From a virus, in the IMG/VR virus record IMGVR_UViG_3300020183_000015, positions 1 through 64,000 of that record: 64,000 bases of DNA. One strand, written 5' to 3'. The translations under genes were made by a program, and so were the position numbers. This document shows, piece by piece, positions 47,942 to 57,741 of this stretch; position 1 is the stretch's first letter; each line of letters begins with the position of its first letter. The notes beneath the pieces are model-generated. The model was given only the letters and a program-made list of their open reading frames with translations, made no database searches and was not told the origin of the DNA.

Positions 47942-49899
47942 ATAGTGAAATACAAAAGTTAATCAATGACTTATACATAACTACACCTGATTATGTGGGT
48001 GTAGGTTATGGTCATAAAATAAAAAATGGAGAAATGACAGGGGAAATGGCAATTGTTTTTACAGTCCCAACAAAGTTCCCTGTTGATGTTATACCACAAA
48101 ATGAACTACTACCAAACGATGATTTTATTGTAAATGGTGAAGTTTTAAAAGTAGACGTTGTTGAGGTGGGTGAAATTAAAACAATGGCTTGTAACCCGAC
48201 TTGTCTTTTTTGTCATACATTATCAAATCCCTGTCCTAATAGACAATACATAAGACCAATATTAGGTGGAACTATGATTGCTAGTAAAGGTATTGCTCAG
48301 TCACTTCCTGCCGGTTCTTATTCTTTGGGTACTTTGGGGTTTGTTGCCGTTGACAATCAAACTCAGGCTTTAGTTGGTGTAACAAATAACCACGTTGTTA
48401 TACGTGATGCTTTTTATACAAGTCAAAGAAATTTGTCAGGTGTAATTCAAAATGAGTATGATTTAGGTAATACAGGATCAAGAGATGAGGATTTTGTTTA
48501 TAGTCCATCTAATTCTCCTTGGCCTATCCCGAATGCTTGGAAAATTGGTGAGGTTGTAAGGTATGTGCCAATGTTCTTGACTGGTGGTGTAAATAAAGTA
48601 GATGGGGCATTAATATCTTTGGACTGTGCTCCTGTTGTAAGTATACCTGGTTCTTCACAACAATTTGGGATAAGTTATGGGTCTCCCTATCCCTTTGCAA
48701 CAACCTCTGAAATAAACAATCTCTTATCTACAAATCCGATGTTGTTTAGTTCTGGTGCTAGAACCGGTGTTAAACAAGGATTACCGTGCCCTTTGAGGGT
48801 TTTTGCAGTTGGTGTTACCATACCTGTTGGGGGTTTTAAATTACAAGGTAGTGTACAGACTGTAACATTTACAGATGTAATACAGTTTGTTAGACCAGAA
48901 AATGACCCGAATTTAGCAACTGTATGTCCACACCCAATTGACGGTGGAGACTCAGGTTCAGCACTAATTGCCAACTTTTCGGGGGTTCAAAAAATAATTG
49001 GTTTAGTTTTTGCCGGTGGGTATACTGTTGGGTTTGCGTGTAGAATTGATCACGTTGCCGCAGAACTTAACATTTCTTCTTGGGACGGTACAAGTAAACC
49101 GTTAGTTGACCCTGACACTATAGATTATATTACGGTTGCGGGAGGTAATAGTATTAAAACCCAAATATGTTCAGGAACAACTTATTGGCAAGTCGGAGCA
49201 AGTAATTTGTCAAATACTTGTGCTAATGCCGTGTCTTTAACTTTATATGCAAATTACACCGAAGGTTCGGTTGTCTGTGATTATGTTTTAGAAGCTTCAA
49301 GCGCTGTTAATTTTGATTACATTTTCAGTTGTTCCAATGTTTTGACCACTATAAATGGTGAACCAATTGTGATCAACCCAACTATCGAAATTAAAAGTAA
49401 CACTACGGTTGGAACTTACAAAGAAACTGTTGCCAGAAATTATGATGATTTAACAAAACAAACGGATTTTGGAACTTTCCAATTGAATTACCCGCCTCTT
49501 GAAGAGTTGGAAATCACATTGGAAATTATTTCTTTCTTTGGTCCCGAAACCACACCTACACCAACACCAACAAAATCTGCAACGCCAACCCCAACACCAA
49601 CCAAAACACCAACTAAGACGCCGACACCAACACCAACTCCCACACCTACAATGACTCCAGAGCCTCTGTTTGTTTATTATAGTGTTTCAAGTTGTGCTGA
49701 TTTTGAAATTAGGGTTGCAAAGTTTTCTTTAACTCCACCTTATTTTGTACCAATAGTTGGTTACACTTATTATTTAACAACAGACTTTGCTGATTTTGAT
49801 GCTTGTTATAATATTCTTAACATTACGACAGGTCCAGAAACTTTCACCGTTACAAACATGTCCACAGAATATGTTGATTGTGGAACTTGTCAATCATAA
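47935..49899 (+). CDS. Trypsin-like (PA clan) serine protease with Pro-Thr linker and Cys module
   Basis: Catalytic triad motifs TNNHV, VDGAL, GGDSGS; GTLG; GLVFAG. Confidence 0.8.
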   Translation: MLNSEIQKLINDLYITTPDYVGVGYGHKIKNGEMTGEMAIVFTVPTKFPVDVIPQNELLPNDDFIVNGEVLKVDVVEVGEIKTMACNPTCLFCHTLSNPCPNRQYIRPILGGTMIASKGIAQSLPAGSYSLGTLGFVAVDNQTQALVGVTNNHVVIRDAFYTSQRNLSGVIQNEYDLGNTGSRDEDFVYSPSNSPWPIPNAWKIGEVVRYVPMFLTGGVNKVDGALISLDCAPVVSIPGSSQQFGISYGSPYPFATTSEINNLLSTNPMLFSSGARTGVKQGLPCPLRVFAVGVTIPVGGFKLQGSVQTVTFTDVIQFVRPENDPNLATVCPHPIDGGDSGSALIANFSGVQKIIGLVFAGGYTVGFACRIDHVAAELNISSWDGTSKPLVDPDTIDYITVAGGNSIKTQICSGTTYWQVGASNLSNTCANAVSLTLYANYTEGSVVCDYVLEASSAVNFDYIFSCSNVLTTINGEPIVINPTIEIKSNTTVGTYKETVARNYDDLTKQTDFGTFQLNYPPLEELEITLEIISFFGPETTPTPTPTKSATPTPTPTKTPTKTPTPTPTPTPTMTPEPLFVYYSVSSCADFEIRVAKFSLTPPYFVPIVGYTYYLTTDFADFDACYNILNITTGPETFTVTNMSTEYVDCGTCQS

Positions 49900-49900
49900 T

Positions 49901-49929
49901 TTGACAAGAGTAATTTTTACTCCTATATT
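49901..49929 (+). promoter_or_regulatory. Sigma70-like promoter TTGACA-N17-TATATT upstream of the DNA polymerase
   Basis: Perfect -35 box and 17-nt spacer, which contains the inverted repeat gagtaa/ttactc. Confidence 0.7.
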
Positions 49930-49988
49930 TATTTACGAAGGTAAATGCCGACCTTATTCGGTAGCTAATACACCAAAAGTAAATAACT

Positions 49989-52802
49989 ATGATATCACAA
50001 GAAGAAATTGAACAATTTCTTCAGGGAAATGATCCTGAAGAATTCATCGTATCGGTAGAATACGATTACTTATCCGACAAGATTTTTAAAATTAAAGAAG
50101 TTCCTGAAAAAGGAAAACAGATCCAACGAGATACATTGATATCTTTTGCTTGGGTAGGAGATCTACGTAATCTTAACTTCTATTCAAAATCCAAAGCATT
50201 ACAAAAAGAAGCCATGACAAAACATGGTATTATTATAGAAAAACTACGAACTGATGGTAATGATCGTTTAGAACGTGGTTTAACATTTCTTGTTAAGTCC
50301 ATGAAAGGTTATAGAAACCTGATTCAGTTCTTTAGAGAAGGTGGGGTAGATCCTTGGGGTGAAAATGTAAGAGACCTCATCATGGTATTACCTCCCGTTG
50401 AACAATACCTCATCTCAAAAGAAAAAAGATTATTCAAAGGTTTTGAGGAATACAACGACATTACGAGGATGGTATTTGACCTTGAGACGACCTCACTTGA
50501 GCCCAAGGATGGTCGTATCTTCATGATCGGAATCAAAACAAACAAAGGATTCAAAAAAGTTATTGAGTGTACCAACGAAGACGAAGAACGTAGAGGTATT
50601 ACGGAGTTCTTTAATATTATTGAGGAACAAAAACCTTCCATTCTTTCAGGGTACAACTCATTTAACTTTGACTGGTATTGGATTTATGAAAGATGTAAAA
50701 TTTTAAATCTTGATATTAAACGAGTTGCAAAATCTCTTAACACTGAGAAATCTATTTCACAAAAAGAGTCAATGTTGAAACTTGCAAACGAGGTAGAGAA
50801 ATTCACTCAAACTCAAATGTGGGGTTACAATATTATTGATATTCTACATTCAGTTAGAAGAGCTCAGGCGATTAACTCAAACATCAAAGAAGCTGGTTTG
50901 AAGTATATTACCAAATATATTGAGGCTGAGGCTACTGATCGTATTTATGTTGAGCATAACAAAATTGGGTCAATGTATCGTGAGAAAGAAGAGTATTGGT
51001 TAAATATTGAAAATGGTAAATATAAAAAAGTTGGGGTAGACCCAAAGATTGATGATATCTGTGGTAGACATTCTAAAGTGTATATCAAAACAACTGGGGA
51101 CGACATTATTGAGCGTTATCTTGACGATGACTTGGAAGAAACTCTATTGGTTGATGAAGAATTCAACCAAGGTTCATTCTTGTTGGCATCACTTCTTCCA
51201 ACAACATATGAAAGAGTTTCAACGATGGGTACTGCAACATTATGGAAAATGTTGATGTTAGCTTGGTCTTATAAACATGGACTTGCAATTCCTTCTAAAA
51301 ACGACAAAGGGAACTTCGTAGGAGGACTTTCTCGTCTAATTCGAACAGGATACTCAAAGAATGTATTAAAACTTGACTACTCGTCTCTATACCCGTGTAT
51401 TCAGTTGGTACATGATGTATTCCCCGAGTGTGATGTCACAGGTGCGATGAAAGGTTTACTATCCTACTTCCGTAACACTCGTATCAAATACAAACAATTA
51501 TCTGAGGAATATGCGACTATTGACAAAAAGAAATCAACTTCTTATGACCGTAAACAATTACCAATTAAGATTTTCATCAACTCGATGTTCGGTGCGTTGT
51601 CAGCTCCACAAGTTTTTCATTGGGGTGACATGGATAAAGGTGAGATGATTACTTGTACAGGTCGTCAGTATCTTCGTATGATGATTAATTTCTTTATGGA
51701 TCGTGGTTATACACCTTTGGTAATGGACACGGACGGTATTAACTTCTCGGTTCCTGAAAGGGTAGAGGAAAGAAAGTATGTTGGTAAAGGTCTGAATTGG
51801 AAAGTTGTTGAGGGTAAAGAATATGTAGGTGAAGAAGCTGATGTGATGGAGTTTAACGATCTTGCGATGAGGGGTGAGATGGCTCTTGATACTGATGGTC
51901 AATGGCCGGCGTGTATTAACTTGTCACGTAAGAACTACGCTCTTATCACTGCAAAAGGTAAAATCAAACTTACAGGAAACTCAATTAAATCTAAAAAAAT
52001 GCCAATCTATATTGAAAAGTTCTTGGATAAAGGTATTAAATTACTCCTTGATGGTAAAGGACAAGAGTTTGTTGAATGGTATTACGAGTATGTACAACAA
52101 ATTTTTGACTTACAAATTCCTTTGATGGATATTGCAAACAAGGCAAAAGTAAAACAAAGTATTGATGACTACATTATTCGTAGTAAACAAACAACAAGGG
52201 CAGGAAGTTTAATGTCTCGTCAGGCACACATGGAACTTGCAATTAGGGAAGGTCTTAATGTTAATCTTGGTGATGTAATTTTTTATGTTAACAACGGAAC
52301 TAAAGTATCCCACGGAGATGTTCAGAAAGTTAACAAACCAAAGAAAGGTTGGTCCCAAGAACATATTGACACTTACGGTGGAACTATTCCTAATAACTTA
52401 GATTCTATAATTCAGTTGAACTGCTACCGTATTGACCCTTTGGATTTAGAAAATAACCCAACAATGAAAGGCCAGTACAACATCCAAAGAGCAATTGCAA
52501 CATTTAACAAAAGGGTGGAGCCATTACTTGTCGTATTCAAACAAGAAGTAAGAAACGGATTGTTAGTTAAGAATCCTGAAGACAGACCTTTTTTTACTAA
52601 AGATCAGTGTGAACTAATCAATGGACAACCTTTCGATGAAAGTGATCAAGATAAGTTGGAAGACGTGATGGAAATCTCAGATGAAGAAATGTTGTTTTGG
52701 AATAGGGTCGGTGAAACTCCATACCACATGTACAAAAATGCCGATGAGTTTATGTGGAAATATCTACCTGACCAAAAATTATTCAAGCTTGAGTCCGTCT
52801 GA
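49989..52802 (+). CDS. DNA polymerase family B
   Basis: FDLETT, GYNSFNFDW, DYSSLYP, KIFINSMFG, DTDG, KNYA. Confidence 0.95.
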   Translation: MISQEEIEQFLQGNDPEEFIVSVEYDYLSDKIFKIKEVPEKGKQIQRDTLISFAWVGDLRNLNFYSKSKALQKEAMTKHGIIIEKLRTDGNDRLERGLTFLVKSMKGYRNLIQFFREGGVDPWGENVRDLIMVLPPVEQYLISKEKRLFKGFEEYNDITRMVFDLETTSLEPKDGRIFMIGIKTNKGFKKVIECTNEDEERRGITEFFNIIEEQKPSILSGYNSFNFDWYWIYERCKILNLDIKRVAKSLNTEKSISQKESMLKLANEVEKFTQTQMWGYNIIDILHSVRRAQAINSNIKEAGLKYITKYIEAEATDRIYVEHNKIGSMYREKEEYWLNIENGKYKKVGVDPKIDDICGRHSKVYIKTTGDDIIERYLDDDLEETLLVDEEFNQGSFLLASLLPTTYERVSTMGTATLWKMLMLAWSYKHGLAIPSKNDKGNFVGGLSRLIRTGYSKNVLKLDYSSLYPCIQLVHDVFPECDVTGAMKGLLSYFRNTRIKYKQLSEEYATIDKKKSTSYDRKQLPIKIFINSMFGALSAPQVFHWGDMDKGEMITCTGRQYLRMMINFFMDRGYTPLVMDTDGINFSVPERVEERKYVGKGLNWKVVEGKEYVGEEADVMEFNDLAMRGEMALDTDGQWPACINLSRKNYALITAKGKIKLTGNSIKSKKMPIYIEKFLDKGIKLLLDGKGQEFVEWYYEYVQQIFDLQIPLMDIANKAKVKQSIDDYIIRSKQTTRAGSLMSRQAHMELAIREGLNVNLGDVIFYVNNGTKVSHGDVQKVNKPKKGWSQEHIDTYGGTIPNNLDSIIQLNCYRIDPLDLENNPTMKGQYNIQRAIATFNKRVEPLLVVFKQEVRNGLLVKNPEDRPFFTKDQCELINGQPFDESDQDKLEDVMEISDEEMLFWNRVGETPYHMYKNADEFMWKYLPDQKLFKLESV

Positions 52803-53120
52803 AGATAGTATGTACCAAACGTTCTCTACAACTTGGAAGGTCACACAAGCCCCTTTTGAAAGTAATATTTCATCCCACTCTTCGTCAATTTTGTTTTGAT
52901 CGGGTATGACTTTACAATTGGTTAATGTTTTAATTGTTATTTTTTGATTTTTTTCAGAGTTGAGTAAAAATTCACAAAAATCAATTTCTTTTATTATTGT
53001 TAACTCCTCACCATTACTTTGATAATGTGATTGTTTAACAATTGAGGTAAAAGTTGATTTCAAGGTTTCAGGTATATCCCCCTTTATTATTACTTTTCTA
53101 TGTGGTTTTCGACCTTTCAT
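52779..53120 (-). CDS. Hypothetical protein
   Basis: 113-aa ORF downstream of the neck gene. Confidence 0.65.
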   Translation of the reverse strand: MKGRKPHRKVIIKGDIPETLKSTFTSIVKQSHYQSNGEELTIIKEIDFCEFLLNSEKNQKITIKTLTNCKVIPDQNKIDEEWDEILLSKGACVTFQVVENVWYILSSDGLKLE

Positions 53121-53123
53121 ATT

Positions 53124-54248
53124 TCAAATTACATATATCTGTCTTGGCATTGCCCTAAATTTAAGTTGTTTGTTAAGATTTTCTGCCAACAACGCTTCTC
53201 TTTCCATAACCTTTTCAGGTTTCAACCTTGTTAATCTACCTTCTGCACCTGTTAGTTCTTCAATTAATTTAGTTTTTTCGTCTTTTGCCTCAGTACCCAA
53301 TGACGTATAATCCATGGTCAAATCACCTTCGGGTGTTTTGAGACTTCCGCTAAATTTACCCCTTACTCTAGAAAGGGTTTCTTTACAATATGCAGTGAAC
53401 CATCTTCTAACCCAAATCTGTGCAGGGTTATTTAGTTCGTACCAACTAATTTTTTCGAATGGTATGTCGGAAGGTAATTTAATTATATCAGGATTGTCTT
53501 TTAAACATTGATCTCTGTCACCATCACCTATATCATAGTACCAATACCAAACTCTACCTTGCATCAATTCTGCATTACCAAAGTCAAATTTACCGCCAGG
53601 TGTGTTCATTAGATGTAGTGCTTTTTTACCTTCAGGTAGTGCTGTAATTCTATAGGTCATTTCACCCGCTATGATTCTTCTTTGAATGTTAATCTCTTGC
53701 ATTCTAAGTAACATGTCAAATGCCGGCATCAAAAAATAACTACCTGACATGTTTCCCATTTGTGCGTAACCTGCAGGACCTGAAATACCACCACCTGCAA
53801 TACCACCGAATGCCCAAGGGTCAAACATTAAATTATTTAATGTTGGTGGTGTGAACCATAAAATTTCATTTAATTCTCTGTTTGCTGGAATTTCATAAAT
53901 TTGTTGGTTTGGTACTAATTGGACATAATCTTTTTTCATAACCCAATCTCCGCCGGCTTGTAGACCAACAATTTTAGAATATGCGTAAGTGTATCTTGTT
54001 TCATAATCTAAACTTTTTGTAAGAAACGCTCTTGATAAAGATTGTGTATCCAAGTTTAAATTATAAAGTGATGTCCATTGTGATTCTATCAACCAATCTT
54101 GTACGTATTGTGAATAATCGTCAATAGAATATTCTAAAAGAGTATCCATCATTTCGTCCTCTAACTCAACTGATCTAAGAGGGGCACCTAATAAATGTCT
54201 CACTTTTTGATAAAATTCTGATCTTTCTGGTTCGTTGATTACTGCCAT
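53124..54248 (-). CDS. Neck protein (T4 gp13-like)
   Basis: LGAPLRSVEL N-terminus and WVRRW..A..KE.L..VRGKF C-terminus; late motif at 54259-54266. Confidence 0.75.
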   Translation of the reverse strand: MAVINEPERSEFYQKVRHLLGAPLRSVELEDEMMDTLLEYSIDDYSQYVQDWLIESQWTSLYNLNLDTQSLSRAFLTKSLDYETRYTYAYSKIVGLQAGGDWVMKKDYVQLVPNQQIYEIPANRELNEILWFTPPTLNNLMFDPWAFGGIAGGGISGPAGYAQMGNMSGSYFLMPAFDMLLRMQEINIQRRIIAGEMTYRITALPEGKKALHLMNTPGGKFDFGNAELMQGRVWYWYYDIGDGDRDQCLKDNPDIIKLPSDIPFEKISWYELNNPAQIWVRRWFTAYCKETLSRVRGKFSGSLKTPEGDLTMDYTSLGTEAKDEKTKLIEELTGAEGRLTRLKPEKVMEREALLAENLNKQLKFRAMPRQIYVI

Positions 54249-54282
54249 CGCTTTTTTCTATAAATATCTTTTACTTAAAAAA

Positions 54283-55386
54283 TCAATTTTTGTTTTTTTC
54301 TTTTGAAATTTTAGTGGTGTATAGTTCATCCACAAATTCCCAATTTACTGAATCCCAAAATTTTTTGATGTACTCATCTCTTTTATTTTGGTATTTCAAA
54401 TAATATGCGTGTTCCCAAACGTCCAATCCCAATAATGGGTATCCACCGCCTTTTACGATGTTCATCAAAGGATTATCTTGATTAGGTGTCGACATAATTT
54501 TCAACTTATTATCATTACCAAGATATAACCACGCCCACCCCGAACCGAATCTGTCTTTAGCGGCTTCGTTGAACTCATCTTTCATTTTTTTTATGTTACC
54601 AAAATCTTGATTTATTTTTTTCAAAATTTCACCTTTGGGTAGTTGTTTTGTTGGTGACAACATTTTCCAAAATAAAGCATGATTAAAGGCACCGCCAGCA
54701 TTATTTCTGACTTTATCGTCAAATTTATTAATCGATTTAATGATTTCCTCTAAACTCAAATCCCCTTTTTTGTCCTTTAAGAATTTGTTTAGTTTGTCCA
54801 CATAACCTTTGTAATGTTTATTATAGTGAACGTTCATGGTTTTGGAATCAATAAAACGTGATAAAGAAGAATAAGAGTATGGTAGTTTTTCGATCCCTAT
54901 TTTTTTCATTTCAACTATTAAATTTTCTTTAATAGTTTCCCTTTCCTCGAAAAGAATTTGTTCTTGGAGTATTCCTAATTTGGTGTTTATAGTTTTAGAC
55001 TCATACATCATATGTTCTAAATCAGGATACTTTTTTTCAAACTTTTTAATTAATTGTCCCGCAAATGCGTTTGCTTCATCTTCATTTTGACCACCAATAT
55101 CTGGCCCTTTTTTTCTGTTTAGAATTAAGCGTTGGTGTTCATGAACCCACTCATGAGACAGGGTTCTCATTATGTCTCTGTTTAGTCTTCCTTTTGCTAA
55201 AACTTTTATTTCTGATCCTTCAGTTCTTGATCCAGTCGACATTTGACCTTCTCTGTCACCCAAAAATCGCACCTTGATGTCTTTTTTTAATGGGTACTCG
55301 GATTGCAAAAACTTTAAAAATTTTTCAATAAATTCTTTATCCGAATCTTTAAATTTTGTGTCTTTGAATAAAATAGATACTTTCAT
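54283..55386 (-). CDS. sodA: Fe/Mn superoxide dismutase with an N-terminal HExxH domain
   Basis: LPYSYSSL, HYNKHY, GGAFNHALFW, FGSGWAWL, NQDNP, LDVWEHAYY; N-terminal RTLSHEWVHEHQ...EDEAN. Confidence 0.88.
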   Translation of the reverse strand: MKVSILFKDTKFKDSDKEFIEKFLKFLQSEYPLKKDIKVRFLGDREGQMSTGSRTEGSEIKVLAKGRLNRDIMRTLSHEWVHEHQRLILNRKKGPDIGGQNEDEANAFAGQLIKKFEKKYPDLEHMMYESKTINTKLGILQEQILFEERETIKENLIVEMKKIGIEKLPYSYSSLSRFIDSKTMNVHYNKHYKGYVDKLNKFLKDKKGDLSLEEIIKSINKFDDKVRNNAGGAFNHALFWKMLSPTKQLPKGEILKKINQDFGNIKKMKDEFNEAAKDRFGSGWAWLYLGNDNKLKIMSTPNQDNPLMNIVKGGGYPLLGLDVWEHAYYLKYQNKRDEYIKKFWDSVNWEFVDELYTTKISKEKNKN

Positions 55387-55401
55387 TAATGATAAATATC
55401 A

Positions 55402-57171
55402 TCAACGTGACTTATTGATAAGAAATAGTATTTCCTCAACAACATCACCACTATTTTCCATTTGTTGATCTCCCATTACGGTTCGAATAATTTCTTTCTT
55501 TTTATTTAAAATGTCGTAGATTGCCGCTTCAATTGTGTTGTCAAAAAGTGGATAGTAAACTAAAACATTCGATTTTTGACCATAACGATAAGCTCTGTCT
55601 TCTGCCTGTGAATGTTCTGCAGGTACAAAAGATAGGTCATTCATAATTACAACTTCAGCCGAAGTTAAAGTAAGACCTACACCTGCGGCTTTTAAATTAC
55701 CAACAAATACTTTTATTTTTTCATCGTTTTGAAAAGAATCAACCGCTTGTTGACGCATCGCATTGGTACAACTACCGTCAAGATAAACCGCTTGTTTACC
55801 AAAGTGTTGGTAAATTGTTTGTAATGAGTCCGTGAAATTAGTAAAAATTATAACTTTTTTTCCCTGATCGATAATGTTCTCGACAAATTCGATAGTTTGG
55901 TTTACCTTCTCGTTCGCTATTACTTTTCTAACTTTCATTAGTTTTGAAAACTGAACTGTAAGAGAAGAAGACTCGTCGGGGTTTTTATCATACCAATCGT
56001 AATATTCACCCATTAACTCTTCATATTGTTTTGATTGTAATCTTAAATAAATTGGTGTAATGATTTTGTCAGGTAGATCTAAAACCTCTTCTTTCAGTCT
56101 TCGTATAATTTGTTTTGATGTTCTCTCCCTTAACTCCTCTAAATTCGAGGCTCCCGTTACGTTCCAAACTTTTCTGTTACCAGCTTTGAATTGATATCCT
56201 TGACAGTATCGAATTGCGTACGCCATCCAATTTTGAGCAACAGGACTTTCGATTATATTTAGAAGATTATAATAATTCATAGGTCTTGATGTCATTGGAG
56301 TTCCAGTCAACAACCATACTCTATTAATTTTTTTTACAAAACTATTAATTAACTTCGTTCTTTGTGCCTGAACATTAGAGATCATGTGTGCCTCATCTAA
56401 AATTACTAAATCAAAATTTGATTTTAACAATAAAGATTCATCTTTTTTCTTAGGGTCAGTTGTGTGAAAATTTTTCAGTATGTCATAGTTAACAATAACA
56501 AAATCTGATTCTGTTGAATATTTTTTACCTTCCGAAATAAAAACGGGTCTGTCTGAATAGTTTGAAATTTCTCTTTGCCAATTAATTTTAAGAGATGCTG
56601 GACAAACTATTAATATTTTTTTTGCTCCTGTTTCTAAAGCGGCAATAATTGTTGAGGTTGTTTTTCCAAGACCCATGTCATCTGCCAATATAAATCTTTT
56701 TGATCTTACCAACTTTTCAATTGCTTCTTTTTGGTGATTTAATGGAGGTCTATGACTATATTTCGAGTAGTCTATTTCCACTTTTTCTACTGTATGTGTT
56801 TTAATCAAAGCAGATTTAGGAACCCAAAATTCAGACAAAGGATCATTTTCAAAAAACTTACCCCAAACATGATAAGATTTTTCTTTTTCAACTAACAACT
56901 TTTCGATAAAGATCTTATCAGGAGTTTCTATAAGATATTTTTCTTCAGCAAACTTTTTTGCAAAGTAACTATCCAAGTCAACCCACTTTCTCGCAACTTT
57001 AGGTCTGGTATCATGATAGGTTATGATGTAGTCCGCTTGTGATCTTGTAAGGTAAAACTTTTTGGAAACTAATTTTTTATTTTTTAGGTATAGGATATAG
57101 TTATTTGCCCCCGAGTATGACTCGAGCATTTCCAATGATTTGTGTTCTAAAAGTGTTTGTATATTTTCCAA
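55402..57171 (-). CDS. SNF2/HARP-like helicase
   Basis: LADDMGLGKT, DEAH, LTGTP, GVGLTLT, QAEDRAYRYGQ; TTG start. Confidence 0.92.
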   Translation of the reverse strand: MENIQTLLEHKSLEMLESYSGANNYILYLKNKKLVSKKFYLTRSQADYIITYHDTRPKVARKWVDLDSYFAKKFAEEKYLIETPDKIFIEKLLVEKEKSYHVWGKFFENDPLSEFWVPKSALIKTHTVEKVEIDYSKYSHRPPLNHQKEAIEKLVRSKRFILADDMGLGKTTSTIIAALETGAKKILIVCPASLKINWQREISNYSDRPVFISEGKKYSTESDFVIVNYDILKNFHTTDPKKKDESLLLKSNFDLVILDEAHMISNVQAQRTKLINSFVKKINRVWLLTGTPMTSRPMNYYNLLNIIESPVAQNWMAYAIRYCQGYQFKAGNRKVWNVTGASNLEELRERTSKQIIRRLKEEVLDLPDKIITPIYLRLQSKQYEELMGEYYDWYDKNPDESSSLTVQFSKLMKVRKVIANEKVNQTIEFVENIIDQGKKVIIFTNFTDSLQTIYQHFGKQAVYLDGSCTNAMRQQAVDSFQNDEKIKVFVGNLKAAGVGLTLTSAEVVIMNDLSFVPAEHSQAEDRAYRYGQKSNVLVYYPLFDNTIEAAIYDILNKKKEIIRTVMGDQQMENSGDVVEEILFLINKSR

Positions 57172-57186
57172 TACTACTTTTTAATA

Positions 57187-57215
57187 AAAATACTAAAAAA
57201 AAAGATATTTATCAA
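57187..57215. promoter_or_regulatory. Overlapping divergent promoters: minus-strand TTGATA-N17-TATTTT and plus-strand late motif TATTTATC
   Basis: tatcaa 57210-57215 and aaaata 57187-57192 with a 17-nt spacer; tatttatc at 57206-57213. Confidence 0.55.
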
Positions 57216-57226
57216 TAAATGAGTTT

Positions 57227-57739
57227 ATGAACGGTAAAGTTCCTATTACAAGGTTAGGTAAATTTTTTGGGAGTCAGGACTTTGATTTAGAAATAGATAT
57301 GGGTCAAGAGTGGTTAATAGGTGATATGAATTTCACTTGTGTACTATATCGTGTTGATAAAAACAAAACCAAAGTAGACGACGTTTATGGTGAGGCTTTA
57401 GAGGATGGAATTAAATTTCTACCCCCTGTAGAGTTTAATGCCTACATAACAATCGCTCAACCAACTTCTGCGAAAATTGGATCTTCAAAAATACAACAAT
57501 CGGAACCTGGAAACATTTCAATTTACGTTTACATTAAAACTTTAGAAGATCTAGAGATTGATGTAAATTTAGGTGATTACATAGGTTATTACGATTCAGA
57601 AAATTTTGTTAGATATTACACAGTTGTAGACGACGGACGTGTATACTCTGACTTGAAACACACTTATAAAGGGTATAAACCTTTCTACAGATCAATAATT
57701 GGTTCATACGTTGGTCCGAATGAATTTCAATCAATTTAA
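57227..57739 (+). CDS. Head-closure/neck protein (gp14-like)
   Basis: LYRVD...DDVYGE...F.PPVE...GDYI pattern; position before the tail genes. Confidence 0.6.
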   Translation: MNGKVPITRLGKFFGSQDFDLEIDMGQEWLIGDMNFTCVLYRVDKNKTKVDDVYGEALEDGIKFLPPVEFNAYITIAQPTSAKIGSSKIQQSEPGNISIYVYIKTLEDLEIDVNLGDYIGYYDSENFVRYYTVVDDGRVYSDLKHTYKGYKPFYRSIIGSYVGPNEFQSI

Positions 57740-57741
57740 TT

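Noticed and set aside
49989-57171. Intein or intron in the polymerase or helicase
   Set aside because: Motifs are normally spaced, and I saw no C/S...HN splice junctions or LAGLIDADG motifs.
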